Part shown: piece after piece, positions 37,219 to 47,240 of the stretch
How positions within the stretch are numbered: the stretch's first letter is position 1
How the letters are laid out: every line of letters starts with the position of its first letter
NCBI GenBank assembly: GCA_043719295.1
Contig: JAYSUD010000001.1
Span: forward strand, 97,700 to 161,699
Direction: 5' to 3'
Origin: a bacterium
Lineage (GTDB): Bacteria > Patescibacteriota > Minisyncoccia > Phycocordibacterales > UBA918
DNA length: 64,000 bases
The notes under the pieces: generated by a model
Databases searched by the model: none
Told to the model about the DNA's origin: nothing
What the model saw: only the letters and a program-made list of their open reading frames with translations
Translations under genes and position numbers: made by a program

Positions 37219-40200
37219 CTAGTTCCAACTGAGCGTTCGAAACCAAGACAAAATTCTTTTAACAAACCTTGAAATACTAAATCCTACATACGTTCCTGCT
37301 CTTTTTTCAATGAGTTTCTTTTCATTTCGGTAGTAGAGCGTTGGTACGAGTACTAGCGTCAGAATCATAGCGAACGTAAGTCCAAACATGATTGCAAACG
37401 CAAGAGGACTCCAAAAGTCCGAGATACGTGAGAGAGGAATCATACCAATCACTGTTGTGATGGTTGTTAACATAATCGGACGGAACCGTGATACTGAGGC
37501 ATCGGCAACCTGATCAATTAAAGACTCATCTTCTGACCTAATGCCTTTATGTGTAATCATAGAATCCATAAGGATAATATTATGATTGATGATAACTCCA
37601 GCTAACGCAATTACTCCAAGAAGTGAGGTAAAGGAAAGAGCGAGTCCAGTAACTGAAAGTCCGAAGAATACTCCAATAAGAGAATAGGGAACTACCAAGA
37701 GTAAGTAGAGCGAGTATCGTACAGAGTTAAACGAGAGAACCAATATAGCAAGCATGAGAAGTAATCCAACAATAAGCGCGATAAACATTTCGGTAAACGA
37801 TTGATTAACGTTCTCAGCTTCACCTCCGTAACTGACTTCAACGCCCACAGGTGCTTGTAGTTCACCAACACGCTCCTTGAACTTAGCTACAACGTCGCCT
37901 GCGACTACACCTTCAACCGTAAAGGCTGAAACAGTTACTTGGCGAATTTTGTCTTCATGATTTATTGCAGCGTTTGCAGAAGCAAGTGTCTCATTTGTAA
38001 TGCTGCTTAACGGCACGCTAGTACCATTAATTGAAGTAACGGTGAGGTTACGAAGTGTATCAAGCGTGATTTTAGGAGTAGCTGAAATATCAAGCGTGTT
38101 TTTATCAACTCCTAAACGGACAACAACATCAATATCTTCACCACTTTGGTTAATAGTTGTAGCCTCTACCCCAAACACTGCACTCCGGAGCACACCTCCT
38201 ACAGCACTTGGCGGGACTCCAAGCGTACTTGCCTTAGCCTTATCAATAGTAAGTACAAACTCGGTTGCATTACTTTTACTGCTTGCTTCAATATCACGTG
38301 TTCCTTCAATCTCGTTTAACAGTTTTTCAGCTCTATCTGAAACCAAAAGCAAATCAGCTAAACTATCTCCACTTAGTTTTATAAACACAGGAGCTCCTGT
38401 TGGAGGTCCATTTTGTTGTTCTGTGATTTTGACGACACCTCCTTTAATTTCACTAAACTCTGTTCGTAACTCTGAAGCTAAATCAATACTTGATTGTGAA
38501 CGTTCTGGTTTGAGATCAACTGTTATGTTGGCAAACTTTCCTCCGGCTGCAGTACTTCCAGTAAACGCTGAACCTGATCCTGCGGTAGTAGTAAATGATT
38601 CAATATAGTCTTTGTCGTACAGAATTTCTTCAACTTCACGAACTACTAAATCGGTCTCTGCTACCGGTGTTCCTTGTGCAGTTTCAATTTCGATATAAAT
38701 TGCATCTACGTTTTCAGGCGGGAAGAAGATAACTTTAAGCAAACCAGTAGCAGGAAGTACAAACGCTAAAATAAGTCCGGCAAACAAACTATAAAGGAGC
38801 ACTCGTTGCTTAGTTTTACTTTCAAGAAATTGTACTAATTTTGTTCGATACCATAATTGTGCCTTTTGTGTATACACCTCCTGCATTTCTTCAAATTTGT
38901 TTGAGTGGCCGTTTGTTGTGAGGTAGATTGCAATAAGTGGAACCATTCCGAGTGCAACAAAAACTGACGCAAGTAACACAAAGATAATGGTAAATGGAAT
39001 TGAAGAAATAAATTCACCAGTTACTCCTGAAAGAAAAAATAGCGGAGCAAATACTGCAACAGTCGTCATTGTTCCTGCAATCAAAGGCCATGCGTATTCA
39101 CGGATTGATTTTTCAGCAGCTTCAACTGCATTACCTGATTTCCGTAAACGAGTGTGGATTGCTTCTGTTACTACAATCCCCGAGTCTACCAAGATTCCAA
39201 CAGATAGGATCAGTGCGAACAACGATATAAAGTTTATGGTATTGCCTGACACATAGAGTCCAATGAATGCGATAACAAATGAAAGTGGAATAGAAAGTGC
39301 AGCTACAAGAGACTCACGCCATCCGATGGTAAGCAAAAGTACCAAAACAACTAGAAATACTGTTTCTAAACCAGCAGTAACGAGCTCTGATAAGTCTTTG
39401 CGAACTTGAACACCTTGATCGAAAACAATGAGCACTTGTGACTCACTAAGTAATGCATCAGGTTTTTTTAGTTCATCTAGTTTAGCATGTACAAGGTCAG
39501 TAACATCAGTTACGTCTCCTCCAGCTTTTTTAAATATTGAGACGGTCATTGATGACTCTGAAGGTATCCCATCAACAGATACTCGAGAAATTGTTGATTC
39601 TCTTGCTACACCGTCAGTAACAGACGCAAGATCACGAATGTATACCACCTGACCATTGTTTGATTTTAGGGGTACGTTTTCAATATCTTCTACAGTATTT
39701 ATTGTTCCTTCAAAACGCACAGAGTACTCAATTCCATCAGTTGCAACAGTTCCAACAGGAACGGTGAGATTTGCTTGGCTTAAAGCCGTAATCACGTCAT
39801 TAATCCCAATAGAAAAGCTCGATAGTGATTCCTCGCGAACTAGAACTTGGATTTGGCGTGCACGCGTTCCGGAAATAATCACTTCAGATACGCCAGGTAT
39901 AGAAGCCATTTCATCTTTAATTTGTTCTCCAAGTGCAGTAAATGCTGTAGGTGAGACGTTAGAGGAAATTGCAATAATGTTTATTGGTTGCTTAGAGAAA
40001 TCAACTGCAGAGACTATTGGGTCACTTGCATCTGAAGGAAGTTTGCTTTTTGCACTATCAACCGCATCTTTGAGTTTTTGAATTGACTCATCAATATCAG
40101 CATTTGCAGTAAACTCAACGGTAATTGTAGACACATCATCAACAGACGTTGAGGTAAGATTCTCGATGTTTTCCACATTTGCAACAGCATCTTCAATTTT

Positions 40201-40398
40201 GTTTGTTATGAGCTCCTCGATATCAGAAGCCCCAGCTCCAGGATAAATAGTTCGTACGACTCCAACTGGTACTATAACTTCAGGGAATGACTCTTTAGGA
40301 ATAATTAACACCGCATAAGTACCCAAGCCTATAAGGGTGAGCATGAGTAAAACACTGAATTCCCGCTTATGGAGAAAAAATAGCCAAAGTGAATGCAT
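37219..40398 (-). CDS. RND-superfamily efflux transporter permease (AcrB/HAE1-like)
   Basis: 1059 aa, 12 TM with two large periplasmic loops. Family stretches such as SIPLSFVIAFIGLY and TTITTVIGMIPLS. Confidence 0.85.
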   Translation of the reverse strand: MHSLWLFFLHKREFSVLLMLTLIGLGTYAVLIIPKESFPEVIVPVGVVRTIYPGAGASDIEELITNKIEDAVANVENIENLTSTSVDDVSTITVEFTANADIDESIQKLKDAVDSAKSKLPSDASDPIVSAVDFSKQPINIIAISSNVSPTAFTALGEQIKDEMASIPGVSEVIISGTRARQIQVLVREESLSSFSIGINDVITALSQANLTVPVGTVATDGIEYSVRFEGTINTVEDIENVPLKSNNGQVVYIRDLASVTDGVARESTISRVSVDGIPSESSMTVSIFKKAGGDVTDVTDLVHAKLDELKKPDALLSESQVLIVFDQGVQVRKDLSELVTAGLETVFLVVLVLLLTIGWRESLVAALSIPLSFVIAFIGLYVSGNTINFISLFALILSVGILVDSGIVVTEAIHTRLRKSGNAVEAAEKSIREYAWPLIAGTMTTVAVFAPLFFLSGVTGEFISSIPFTIIFVLLASVFVALGMVPLIAIYLTTNGHSNKFEEMQEVYTQKAQLWYRTKLVQFLESKTKQRVLLYSLFAGLILAFVLPATGLLKVIFFPPENVDAIYIEIETAQGTPVAETDLVVREVEEILYDKDYIESFTTTAGSGSAFTGSTAAGGKFANITVDLKPERSQSSIDLASELRTEFSEIKGGVVKITEQQNGPPTGAPVFIKLSGDSLADLLLVSDRAEKLLNEIEGTRDIEASSKSNATEFVLTIDKAKASTLGVPPSAVGGVLRSAVFGVEATTINQSGEDIDVVVRLGVDKNTLDISATPKITLDTLRNLTVTSINGTSVPLSSITNETLASANAAINHEDKIRQVTVSAFTVEGVVAGDVVAKFKERVGELQAPVGVEVSYGGEAENVNQSFTEMFIALIVGLLLMLAILVLSFNSVRYSLYLLLVVPYSLIGVFFGLSVTGLALSFTSLLGVIALAGVIINHNIILMDSMITHKGIRSEDESLIDQVADASVSRFRPIMLTTITTVIGMIPLSRISDFWSPLAFAIMFGLTFAMILTLVLVPTLYYRNEKKLIEKRAGTYVGFSISRFVKRILSWFRTLSWN

Positions 40399-40399
40399 A

Positions 40400-41956
40400 T
40401 TATTTTATTTCAACTGTTACTTCAGTACCTTCCTTAAGTCCACGTCCGTCTTGAACAATCATTGTGTCACCAGTTATACCTTCTGTTACAACAACAACGT
40501 CTCCCTTGATATTTCCGAGGGTAACAGGATTCGCTTTAAGGATGTTTGTTTGTGAATCAACAGTAAATACAATTGGTCCACTTCCAGTCATTTTTATTGC
40601 TGACAACGGGATGTTAATTTCTGTTTGTACTGAAGGGTCCTTTGCTTTTGTGACAAAAGTAATGGAGACAGTTGAACCATTTTGAAGCGCAAGATTTTCA
40701 TCAACACTGATTTTTACAGCCACCTTTCCGGTTGTTGGATCAATTGATCCACCAATTGCTGCAACAGTTCCTGTTGCGACTTTATTAACACTCACTTCAT
40801 CTCCAACTTCAATTAACACACTTTCTTCTTGACTAATTGATGTAGAAACTTCAAGACCACCGTTATTATTTGCAATAATAGCAGCAGCGGTTGAAGGTTG
40901 AGCATATTCTCCAGCTTTTAAGTACAAAGCATTAACCACCCCCGAGATAGGAGTTCGAACAAGTGTTTTTTCATAATTTGCTTGTGCACCTCGAAGTGAT
41001 CCAAGTGCGATTTTTACTTGTGCTGAAGATGCAGAAGGCATAACAGAAGAACCTGCAATTTGTGCCTGTTCCAATCCTTTAGCAGCTCCATCAATTGCAA
41101 TTGAAGCCCTTTCAATTTGCTGTAACGCACCATTAAGAGCAACACGCACCCCTTGTAACTGTGCTTGTAAAGCTTTTTTTTCTACTTCAGTAAATGACTC
41201 GTTTGTATCTTGATTTATAACAAGTGTATTAAGTGTGTCTACTAATGAAACAACTCTAAGTACATCTGTTCGTGCATCTTTTAACTCTTTTGAGATTTGA
41301 TCTTTAGAAACTGTATTCTTCTTTTCTGCCCATCTTTGTATAACGTTCTCAAGTGCAGTACGTTCTGCATTTAATGTTGTTGCCTGACCACCACCATCTA
41401 ACTTAAACCCCGTTGCAACTCCATTTGAAATAGTAAACAAATCATCAATATCATTGTGGAGGACACTATCAACAGTTATATATGTGTTTTGAAATGTAGT
41501 GATTCCACTTGTTTGTGCTGAGGAAAGAGAAGTTAACGCACCTTCAACACTTACACCACTTGCTTGTGCTCCCGCGAGTGCAGCTTCGTACGCTCCTTGT
41601 GCTTGAAGTAACTGTGCACTCTCTGAAGCACCCTCAAGACGAGCAATGATAGATCCAGCTCGTACAGTTGCACCAAGTTCAGTATTTACCGCAACGATTC
41701 GTCCACCTGATTCTGTCTGTAACTTAGCTTCTGTAACTGCAAGAAGTGTTCCAACTGCAGTAAATGAACTACCTCCATTCTGACTTGAAGCACTTGAAAC
41801 AATAACGCTCGGAATTTTAACTGCAGTTTCTACATCTTCTTTTTTAGAAGATCCAGAAAAAAAGACTAAGTATAGAGCTAAAGCTACTAATACGAAGAAA
41901 ATCGCTCGAACAACGGTCTTTCCATACCACATGTATAATTTGTCTACAATTTTCAT
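40400..41956 (-). CDS. Efflux periplasmic adaptor (membrane-fusion, HlyD-like) protein, long coiled-coil form
   Basis: N-terminal TM; extended Ala/Gln-rich coiled-coil; C-terminal beta-barrel (GDVVVVTEGITGDTMIV). Stop overlaps the RND gene start. Confidence 0.7.
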   Translation of the reverse strand: MKIVDKLYMWYGKTVVRAIFFVLVALALYLVFFSGSSKKEDVETAVKIPSVIVSSASSQNGGSSFTAVGTLLAVTEAKLQTESGGRIVAVNTELGATVRAGSIIARLEGASESAQLLQAQGAYEAALAGAQASGVSVEGALTSLSSAQTSGITTFQNTYITVDSVLHNDIDDLFTISNGVATGFKLDGGGQATTLNAERTALENVIQRWAEKKNTVSKDQISKELKDARTDVLRVVSLVDTLNTLVINQDTNESFTEVEKKALQAQLQGVRVALNGALQQIERASIAIDGAAKGLEQAQIAGSSVMPSASSAQVKIALGSLRGAQANYEKTLVRTPISGVVNALYLKAGEYAQPSTAAAIIANNNGGLEVSTSISQEESVLIEVGDEVSVNKVATGTVAAIGGSIDPTTGKVAVKISVDENLALQNGSTVSITFVTKAKDPSVQTEINIPLSAIKMTGSGPIVFTVDSQTNILKANPVTLGNIKGDVVVVTEGITGDTMIVQDGRGLKEGTEVTVEIK

Positions 41957-42057
41957 AATATTATAATTTAGTTCGATACAATACCACGAATTAACAAGAT
42001 TGTCTATATCATTCTGCTGTGAATCACCAACTTTGAGTATGATACTATTGTCGTTAT

Positions 42058-42372
42058 ATGTTTGGAAAAATAAAAAATTACGCAGTTAAAAAGTTACTTG
42101 ATTCACAGCTTAAGAACGTACCCGCTGATCAAAAAGAGCTCATTATGGCCTTGGTTGAAAAAGACCCAGCGATGTTCGAGAAAATTGCTAAAGAATTGCA
42201 AGAGGAGATGAAAAATAACGGTAATAACCAGATGCAAGCTGCAATGAAGGTGCTTCCACGATACCAAAAAGAAATTATGGCGGTGATGCCACAAGAGATG
42301 AAAGAAAAGATGATGAAACAGCAGATGGGGACACAGGGACAGTTTAACCCCAACGGCACAATCCGAAGGTAA
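42058..42372 (+). CDS. Hypothetical Met/Lys/Gln-rich small protein
   Basis: 104 aa; no motif. Confidence 0.35.
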   Translation: MFGKIKNYAVKKLLDSQLKNVPADQKELIMALVEKDPAMFEKIAKELQEEMKNNGNNQMQAAMKVLPRYQKEIMAVMPQEMKEKMMKQQMGTQGQFNPNGTIRR

Positions 42373-42380
42373 AACTTACA

Positions 42381-42483
42381 GAAACGGCACACTTCTTCGT
42401 TGTACTGCACAAAATATTCCTCACTGTACTATGCGTACACCTCGTCATATTCTACTTGTACGCCTCGAATTGCACTCGTTTCT
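42381..42483. repeat. Copy B of the dispersed ~100-bp intergenic element
   Basis: GAAACGGCACACTTCTTCGTTGTACTGCACAAAATATTCCTCACTGTACTATGCGTACACCTCGTCATATTCTACTTGTACGCCTCGAATTGCACTCGTTTC. Confidence 0.75.
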
Positions 42484-42577
42484 AAAAGTTCTACAGTAAT
42501 TCATAAAAATAGAAACCTTCGAATGATATCAACAGAACAAGCGAGCCTTAGGCTCGCTTGTTCTGTATAATCTATCC

Positions 42578-43156
42578 ATGCCTAAAAAAATAGTTATTCT
42601 CCTTGGGAATCCTGACACAGAGACATTTACTGGAGCAATCGCTGACGCGTACCAAAAGGGTGCCGAAGACGCAGGTCACGAAGTGGTTCGATACAACATT
42701 GGAGACATGAAGTTCGATCCAATTCTACATAAAGGATACAAAGTTATTCAGCCACTTGAACCAGACTTGCTTTCATTACAAGAAACAATTAACTGGGCAG
42801 ATCATATTGTTATCGTGTACCCAAACTGGTGGTGTACGATGCCCGCAATCTTAAAAGGTTTGTTTGATCGTATGTGGATTCCCGGGTTCGCATTTAACTT
42901 CGATAAAGTAACCCATAAGTGTATTAAACGTCTAAAAGGTAAAACGGGACGTACTATTGTTGTAGCAGGAACAAATAGTCCATTTAAAACATGGTGGTTA
43001 TATGGTGACTACACAAATGAAATACAACACGGAATCCTTGGTTTTGCTGGAATAAACGCAAATGTCTGTACATTTGGCCCTTCTGAAAAGGTATCAGACG
43101 CCAAAAAGGCAAGTTGGCTCAAGACGGTTGGGAAACTTGGCAAGAGTGCGAATTAG
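42578..43156 (+). CDS. Flavodoxin-like fold NAD(P)H-dependent oxidoreductase (NQO/KefG-like)
   Basis: MPKKIVILLGNPDTETFTGAIADAY...ADHIVIVYPNWWCTMPAILKGLFDRMW. Confidence 0.7.
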   Translation: MPKKIVILLGNPDTETFTGAIADAYQKGAEDAGHEVVRYNIGDMKFDPILHKGYKVIQPLEPDLLSLQETINWADHIVIVYPNWWCTMPAILKGLFDRMWIPGFAFNFDKVTHKCIKRLKGKTGRTIVVAGTNSPFKTWWLYGDYTNEIQHGILGFAGINANVCTFGPSEKVSDAKKASWLKTVGKLGKSAN

Positions 43157-43191
43157 TAGACAAAGTTGTACGCTCTTCTAAAACGTGAAGA

Positions 43192-44085
43192 GTGAGTGTA
43201 CACTTAACTATCATGAATACGCAAACAATCAAAATAGTGTTTATCACGCTCATTGTTGTATTTTGTGTTATTTTCACCGTAACAGTGTATTGGTTTATAT
43301 TTTCAACACTAGTTTCAGAACAAGAAGATGAAGCAGGTCTTTTTGCTTCAAACTACACAAACTATGTAAATGCTGATTGTAATATTGCTGTTATACCGAT
43401 TCTTGGAGATATCATTCCGTATAGAGGAGCTGATATGGATGGTACAACCTATATTGAAAACATGCCCCCTTCAGTTAATATGGAGGATACACTCACCGCA
43501 ATAGAAATCGCTGAATCTGATCCCAACATACAAGGGATTATGCTCCGCATTGATTCAACAGGTGGAACTCCTGTAAGTTCTGAGATGATTGCAAGAGCAT
43601 TGAAGAAAAGTACACTTCCTGTCGCATCATTTATTACTGAAACGGGAGTATCGGGTGCCTACCTTATTGCAACAGGAGCTGATACCATCATTGCCTCACC
43701 ATTTTCTGACATTGGGTCTATTGGAGTGAGCATGTCGTATCTTGATAACTCAGCACAGAATAAAGATGCCGGCTTAGAATTTGTTTCTTTAGCATCAGGT
43801 AAGTTCAAAGACTCAGGAATTGGAGACAAGCCATTAAGTATCGAAGAACGCGCACTATTCGAGAGAGATTTAGCTATGTATCATGACGAATTTGTGTCAC
43901 AAGTGGCTTCAAATCGAAACCTTCCAGTTGAAGCTGTTGCAAAGCTTGCAGATGGTTCAACACAACCTGGAAAGCTAGCACTTGAAATTAAACTTATTGA
44001 TAGTCTCGGAGATATTGAAACCGTGCGAGATTGGTTTGCTCAAACTACTGGGGTAGAATCAGAGGATGTCGTTTTCTGTCAGTAA
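43192..44085 (+). CDS. sppA: Signal peptide peptidase SppA (S49 family, 36K type)
   Basis: N-terminal TM; S49 core LPVASFITETGVSGAYLIATGADTIIASPFSDIGSIGV with catalytic Ser/Lys context. Confidence 0.8.
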   Translation: MSVHLTIMNTQTIKIVFITLIVVFCVIFTVTVYWFIFSTLVSEQEDEAGLFASNYTNYVNADCNIAVIPILGDIIPYRGADMDGTTYIENMPPSVNMEDTLTAIEIAESDPNIQGIMLRIDSTGGTPVSSEMIARALKKSTLPVASFITETGVSGAYLIATGADTIIASPFSDIGSIGVSMSYLDNSAQNKDAGLEFVSLASGKFKDSGIGDKPLSIEERALFERDLAMYHDEFVSQVASNRNLPVEAVAKLADGSTQPGKLALEIKLIDSLGDIETVRDWFAQTTGVESEDVVFCQ

Positions 44086-44100
44086 CATTAGGACTTGCAT

Positions 44101-44200
44101 AAACGGCACACTTCTTCGTTGTACTGCGCAAAATATTCCTCAACGTACAAAAAGTACGTCTCGCCATATTTTACTTGTCCGCCTCGAATTGCACTCATTT
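44101..44200. repeat. Copy C of the dispersed intergenic element
   Basis: AAACGGCACACTTCTTCGTTGTACTGCGCAAAATATTCCTCAACGTAC...CCGCCTCGAATTGCACTCATTT. Confidence 0.75.
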
Positions 44201-44231
44201 ATGTAAGTCCTAGTGAATATATTTAAGCTTT

Positions 44232-44747
44232 ATGAAATCAATTTTAATATTATTTTGTATCCTAGTGCTACTCGCAGGGTTCTTTGCCACTTTTTGGTAT
44301 GTTCAAAATTCAAAGATCAAATCTGAAGTCGAAACAAAACCAATTGAAATAGGTACGGAAGTAAAAACTCCTGAAATACCTCTAGATATCGCAAACCATA
44401 TCAAAGAAAAAAATGACAAAATTGTTCTTGAAAGTCCACTTCCACTTTCAAAAATTACATCACCAGTAACAATCAAAGGAAAAGCAAGAGGATTTTGGTT
44501 TTTTGAAGCCTCGTTTCCAATTTATATTGTAAATTGGGACGGTCTTATCATTGGTGAAGGTATCGCTACAGCAGATGGTGAGTGGATGACTACAGACTTT
44601 GTACCTTTTACTGCATCCATTAACTTCAATCTAGACAAAAACACATACAGTAATAAAGGAGCTTTAATTCTTAAAAAGGACAACCCGTCAGGCCTACCCG
44701 AAAACGACGACGCCCTAGAAATTCCTGTAGTCTTAGAGGTGAATTAA
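44232..44747 (+). CDS. Membrane-anchored Gmad2-like immunoglobulin-like domain protein
   Basis: N-terminal TM; ITSPVTIKGKARGFWFFEASFPIYIVNWDGLIIGEGIATADGEWMTTDFVPFTASINF resembles the Gmad2/GerMN-associated Ig-like pattern. Confidence 0.5.
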   Translation: MKSILILFCILVLLAGFFATFWYVQNSKIKSEVETKPIEIGTEVKTPEIPLDIANHIKEKNDKIVLESPLPLSKITSPVTIKGKARGFWFFEASFPIYIVNWDGLIIGEGIATADGEWMTTDFVPFTASINFNLDKNTYSNKGALILKKDNPSGLPENDDALEIPVVLEVN

Positions 44748-44785
44748 TTTCATAAATCGCTGTTTATCTGGTAAGCTAGCGTTCT

Positions 44786-45883
44786 ATGAGTTTATCTGTT
44801 GGAATTGTTGGGTTACCAAACGTTGGAAAATCGACGTTATTTAATGCACTTACTAAAAGTTCTGTACCAATGGAAAACTACCCATTTTGCACTATTGATC
44901 CCTCAGTTGGAGTAGTTGCAGTACCCGATGGACGCCTTGAATCACTTGCAAAGGTATCAAATACAGCGAAAATCATCCCTGCGGTTGTAGAGTTTGTTGA
45001 TATTGCGGGACTTGTTAAAGGTGCGTCAAGTGGAGAAGGTCTTGGAAACAAGTTCCTTTCAAATATCCGAGAAACTAACATGATTGCTGAAGTAATCCGA
45101 ATCTTTGATGATGAAGATATTCATCATGTGCAAGGCGCGGTTGACCCATTAAGTGACATTGAGGTTATCAACCTCGAGCTTATAATGGCCGACATTGAGA
45201 CGGTAACAAAACGACTTGGTAACGTTGGAAGAGACTCAAAGAAAGGAGACAAAGAAGCGCTCGCCGAAGAAGAACTACTTGAAGTTTTATTGCCACACCT
45301 TGAACTTGGAAAACTGGCAAACTCGTTTGCCTTTACTGATGTACAAAAGAAAATTGTCAAAAACTTGCACCTCCTTACCATGAAGCCATTTTTATATGTG
45401 TGTAACAAAAAGCATGGCGCATATAACTTTGATGAAAACAATGATGACCGATGGACTGAACTACTTGAATTCTTTGAAGTCAACAATGCAGAATACGTAC
45501 TTGTTGATGCAGGAGTAGAACACGACCTCAAAGACTTAGAGGAAGATGAGAAAAATGAATTCAGACGAGAATACGGGACACAAGACTCTGGTATCGCCTC
45601 ACTCGTGCGGGCTTGTTATAATCGCCTTGGTTTGATGTCATACTTTACAACCGGTGAAAAAGAAACACGAGCATGGACAGTGCCTATTGGAAGTACCGGA
45701 CCTGTTGCTGCAGGAGCTATTCATACTGACTTTGAAAAAAAATACATTCGAGCGCAAGTGGTGACGTTTGAAGACTTGGTAACAACAGGTTCGTTTGTTA
45801 AGGCTAAAGAAGCAGGGAAACTTCGAACAGAAGGTAAAGATTATATCGTTAAAGATGGCGATGTGATTGAGTTTTTGATATAA
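44786..45883 (+). CDS. ychF: Ribosome-binding ATPase YchF (Obg-family GTPase)
   Basis: G1 GIVGLPNVGKSTLFNALT; G-domain, coiled-coil insert and C-terminal TGS domain (VKDGDVIEFL). Confidence 0.95.
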   Translation: MSLSVGIVGLPNVGKSTLFNALTKSSVPMENYPFCTIDPSVGVVAVPDGRLESLAKVSNTAKIIPAVVEFVDIAGLVKGASSGEGLGNKFLSNIRETNMIAEVIRIFDDEDIHHVQGAVDPLSDIEVINLELIMADIETVTKRLGNVGRDSKKGDKEALAEEELLEVLLPHLELGKLANSFAFTDVQKKIVKNLHLLTMKPFLYVCNKKHGAYNFDENNDDRWTELLEFFEVNNAEYVLVDAGVEHDLKDLEEDEKNEFRREYGTQDSGIASLVRACYNRLGLMSYFTTGEKETRAWTVPIGSTGPVAAGAIHTDFEKKYIRAQVVTFEDLVTTGSFVKAKEAGKLRTEGKDYIVKDGDVIEFLI

Positions 45884-45920
45884 TCACTACAAATAACTTG
45901 TTCCTGAAGGGAGAATTGCT

Positions 45921-46052
45921 ATGCTGAAGAGGTTTTTAGGCTTTGTTGCACTTATGATATACGCTACGATATTGCTTTCGGAGCTATATCCAAAAAAGAG
46001 CGTCGAGACTTTCTTCTACCTCTTTCCTGGTTTGAGCGAAATGAATAACTAA
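45921..46052 (+). CDS. 43-aa hydrophobic peptide (paralog 1)
   Basis: MLKRFLGFVALMIYATILLSELYPKKSVETFFYLFPGLSEMNN; SD GAAGGGAGAA 8 nt upstream. Confidence 0.4.
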   Translation: MLKRFLGFVALMIYATILLSELYPKKSVETFFYLFPGLSEMNN

Positions 46053-46072
46053 ATTCTGCAAAGGAGAATGCT

Positions 46073-46204
46073 ATGTGGGTCAAAGTATTTACACTGCTAA
46101 TGTTTATACTGCTTATTGTATCGGTATCTATAGTTTTTTATACTGAAGAAAGTGTTGCTATTTTCTTCTATCTGCTTTCTGGGTTATCAGGAATCAAAGG
46201 ATGA
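46073..46204 (+). CDS. 43-aa hydrophobic peptide (paralog 2)
   Basis: MWVKVFTLLMFILLIVSVSIVFYTEESVAIFFYLLSGLSGIKG; SD AAAGGAGAA. Shares the motif (S/E)xxxFFYL(F/L)(P/S)GLS with paralog 1. Confidence 0.4.
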   Translation: MWVKVFTLLMFILLIVSVSIVFYTEESVAIFFYLLSGLSGIKG

Positions 46205-46212
46205 TGTGCAAC

Positions 46213-46248
46213 GAAAAAGGGCGGAAGCATATTTGCAATCGCCCTTTG
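46213..46248. terminator. Bidirectional intrinsic terminator
   Basis: AAAAAGGGCG-GAAGCATATTTGCAAT-CGCCCTTTGC between convergent genes. Confidence 0.55.
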
Positions 46249-46257
46249 CTATTTAGA

Positions 46258-46536
46258 TCAACTTTGTTGTGTTGGAGGATTTGCCCGCTGTACTGGACTT
46301 ACTACGTGAGGAACCCAAGTACCTTCAATTTCTCCATGTACCTTTTCATATTCTGCTACCTCGTAGGTAAGGTATTGTAAAAGCCGTTTTGTATGTTGCG
46401 GTGTGAGAGAGAAAATGTGCGCTTGGCTTCCAGAACTCAATCCGATTGCAAAATACTCAGGAGATTGGCCGATTTTTATGCTTTCACAGAAGAGTTTTGG
46501 TGCTTTTTGTAAGTCGTCTTGTTTCATAGATTGCAA
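46258..46536 (-). CDS. DUF3467-like small protein
   Basis: YFAIGLSSGSQAHIFSLTPQHTKRLLQYLTYEVAEYEKVHGEI matches a family pattern remembered for DUF3467 (..SPxEFxxDF......A....R......AKRLL..L...I..YE..FGEI). Confidence 0.45.
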   Translation of the reverse strand: MQSMKQDDLQKAPKLFCESIKIGQSPEYFAIGLSSGSQAHIFSLTPQHTKRLLQYLTYEVAEYEKVHGEIEGTWVPHVVSPVQRANPPTQQS

Positions 46537-46571
46537 CTATAAGGTTTAGTAGTAGTGTTATAGTTATATAT

Positions 46572-47240
46572 ATGATAACAAAAATTGCAATTGTATGTGC
46601 TGTTTTAGCGGTCGGGGCGTTTATCTATTTGACAGGGTATATTGATCTTGGAAATAGAGCAGATCAAAACTCGGTAGAAAAAATTACTGAAGGTGCTTTT
46701 GCACCAAATGGTGAAAATAGTATGCGTGGCTCTGGTTCGTTTAAAAACGTACTGGGCCTTAAGAAAAATGTTGTGTGTGATGTATCGTATATCCAAGAAG
46801 GTGCACCGTCTCCCATTAGTGGCAAGGTGTATACAAACGGAGAAAAGATGCGAGCAAACTTCATGATGAATATGGAAGGAACAGCAACAGAGACAAACGT
46901 AATCAATGATGGCAAAGAAATGTACATTTGGGGTAAAGGGGCTTCAGGTGACATGGCAATGAAATTTACTATTGATGAATCAACAAATTCAAAAACAGAA
47001 CAGGGGCAATTTGATATGAACACTGATGTTGATTATTCATGTCAAAACTGGAATGTTGATGCATCCGTTTTTATCCCACCAAGTAATTTAAACTTTATGG
47101 ATACAAGCTCAATGATGAAACAAGGTGCAAATGGACAACCAAGTGCACCCGATATGAAAGCGATGCAATGTTCGATGTGTGACCAGGTTGATGGTGGAGA
47201 TGCTAAAGTGGAATGTAGAGCAACATTCGCTTGTATCTAA
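46572..47240 (+). CDS. Secreted Cys-containing hypothetical protein
   Basis: N-terminal TM/signal IAIVCAVLAVGAFIYL; 8 Cys including a CSMCDQ...C cluster. Confidence 0.4.
   Translation: MITKIAIVCAVLAVGAFIYLTGYIDLGNRADQNSVEKITEGAFAPNGENSMRGSGSFKNVLGLKKNVVCDVSYIQEGAPSPISGKVYTNGEKMRANFMMNMEGTATETNVINDGKEMYIWGKGASGDMAMKFTIDESTNSKTEQGQFDMNTDVDYSCQNWNVDASVFIPPSNLNFMDTSSMMKQGANGQPSAPDMKAMQCSMCDQVDGGDAKVECRATFACI

Noticed and set aside
38000-40196. Antisense ORFs inside the RND transporter gene (38000..38608 202 aa, 39656..40081, 38987..39256 and others)
   Set aside because: Low-complexity Ser/Thr/Val-rich translations typical of the antisense of a membrane-protein gene.
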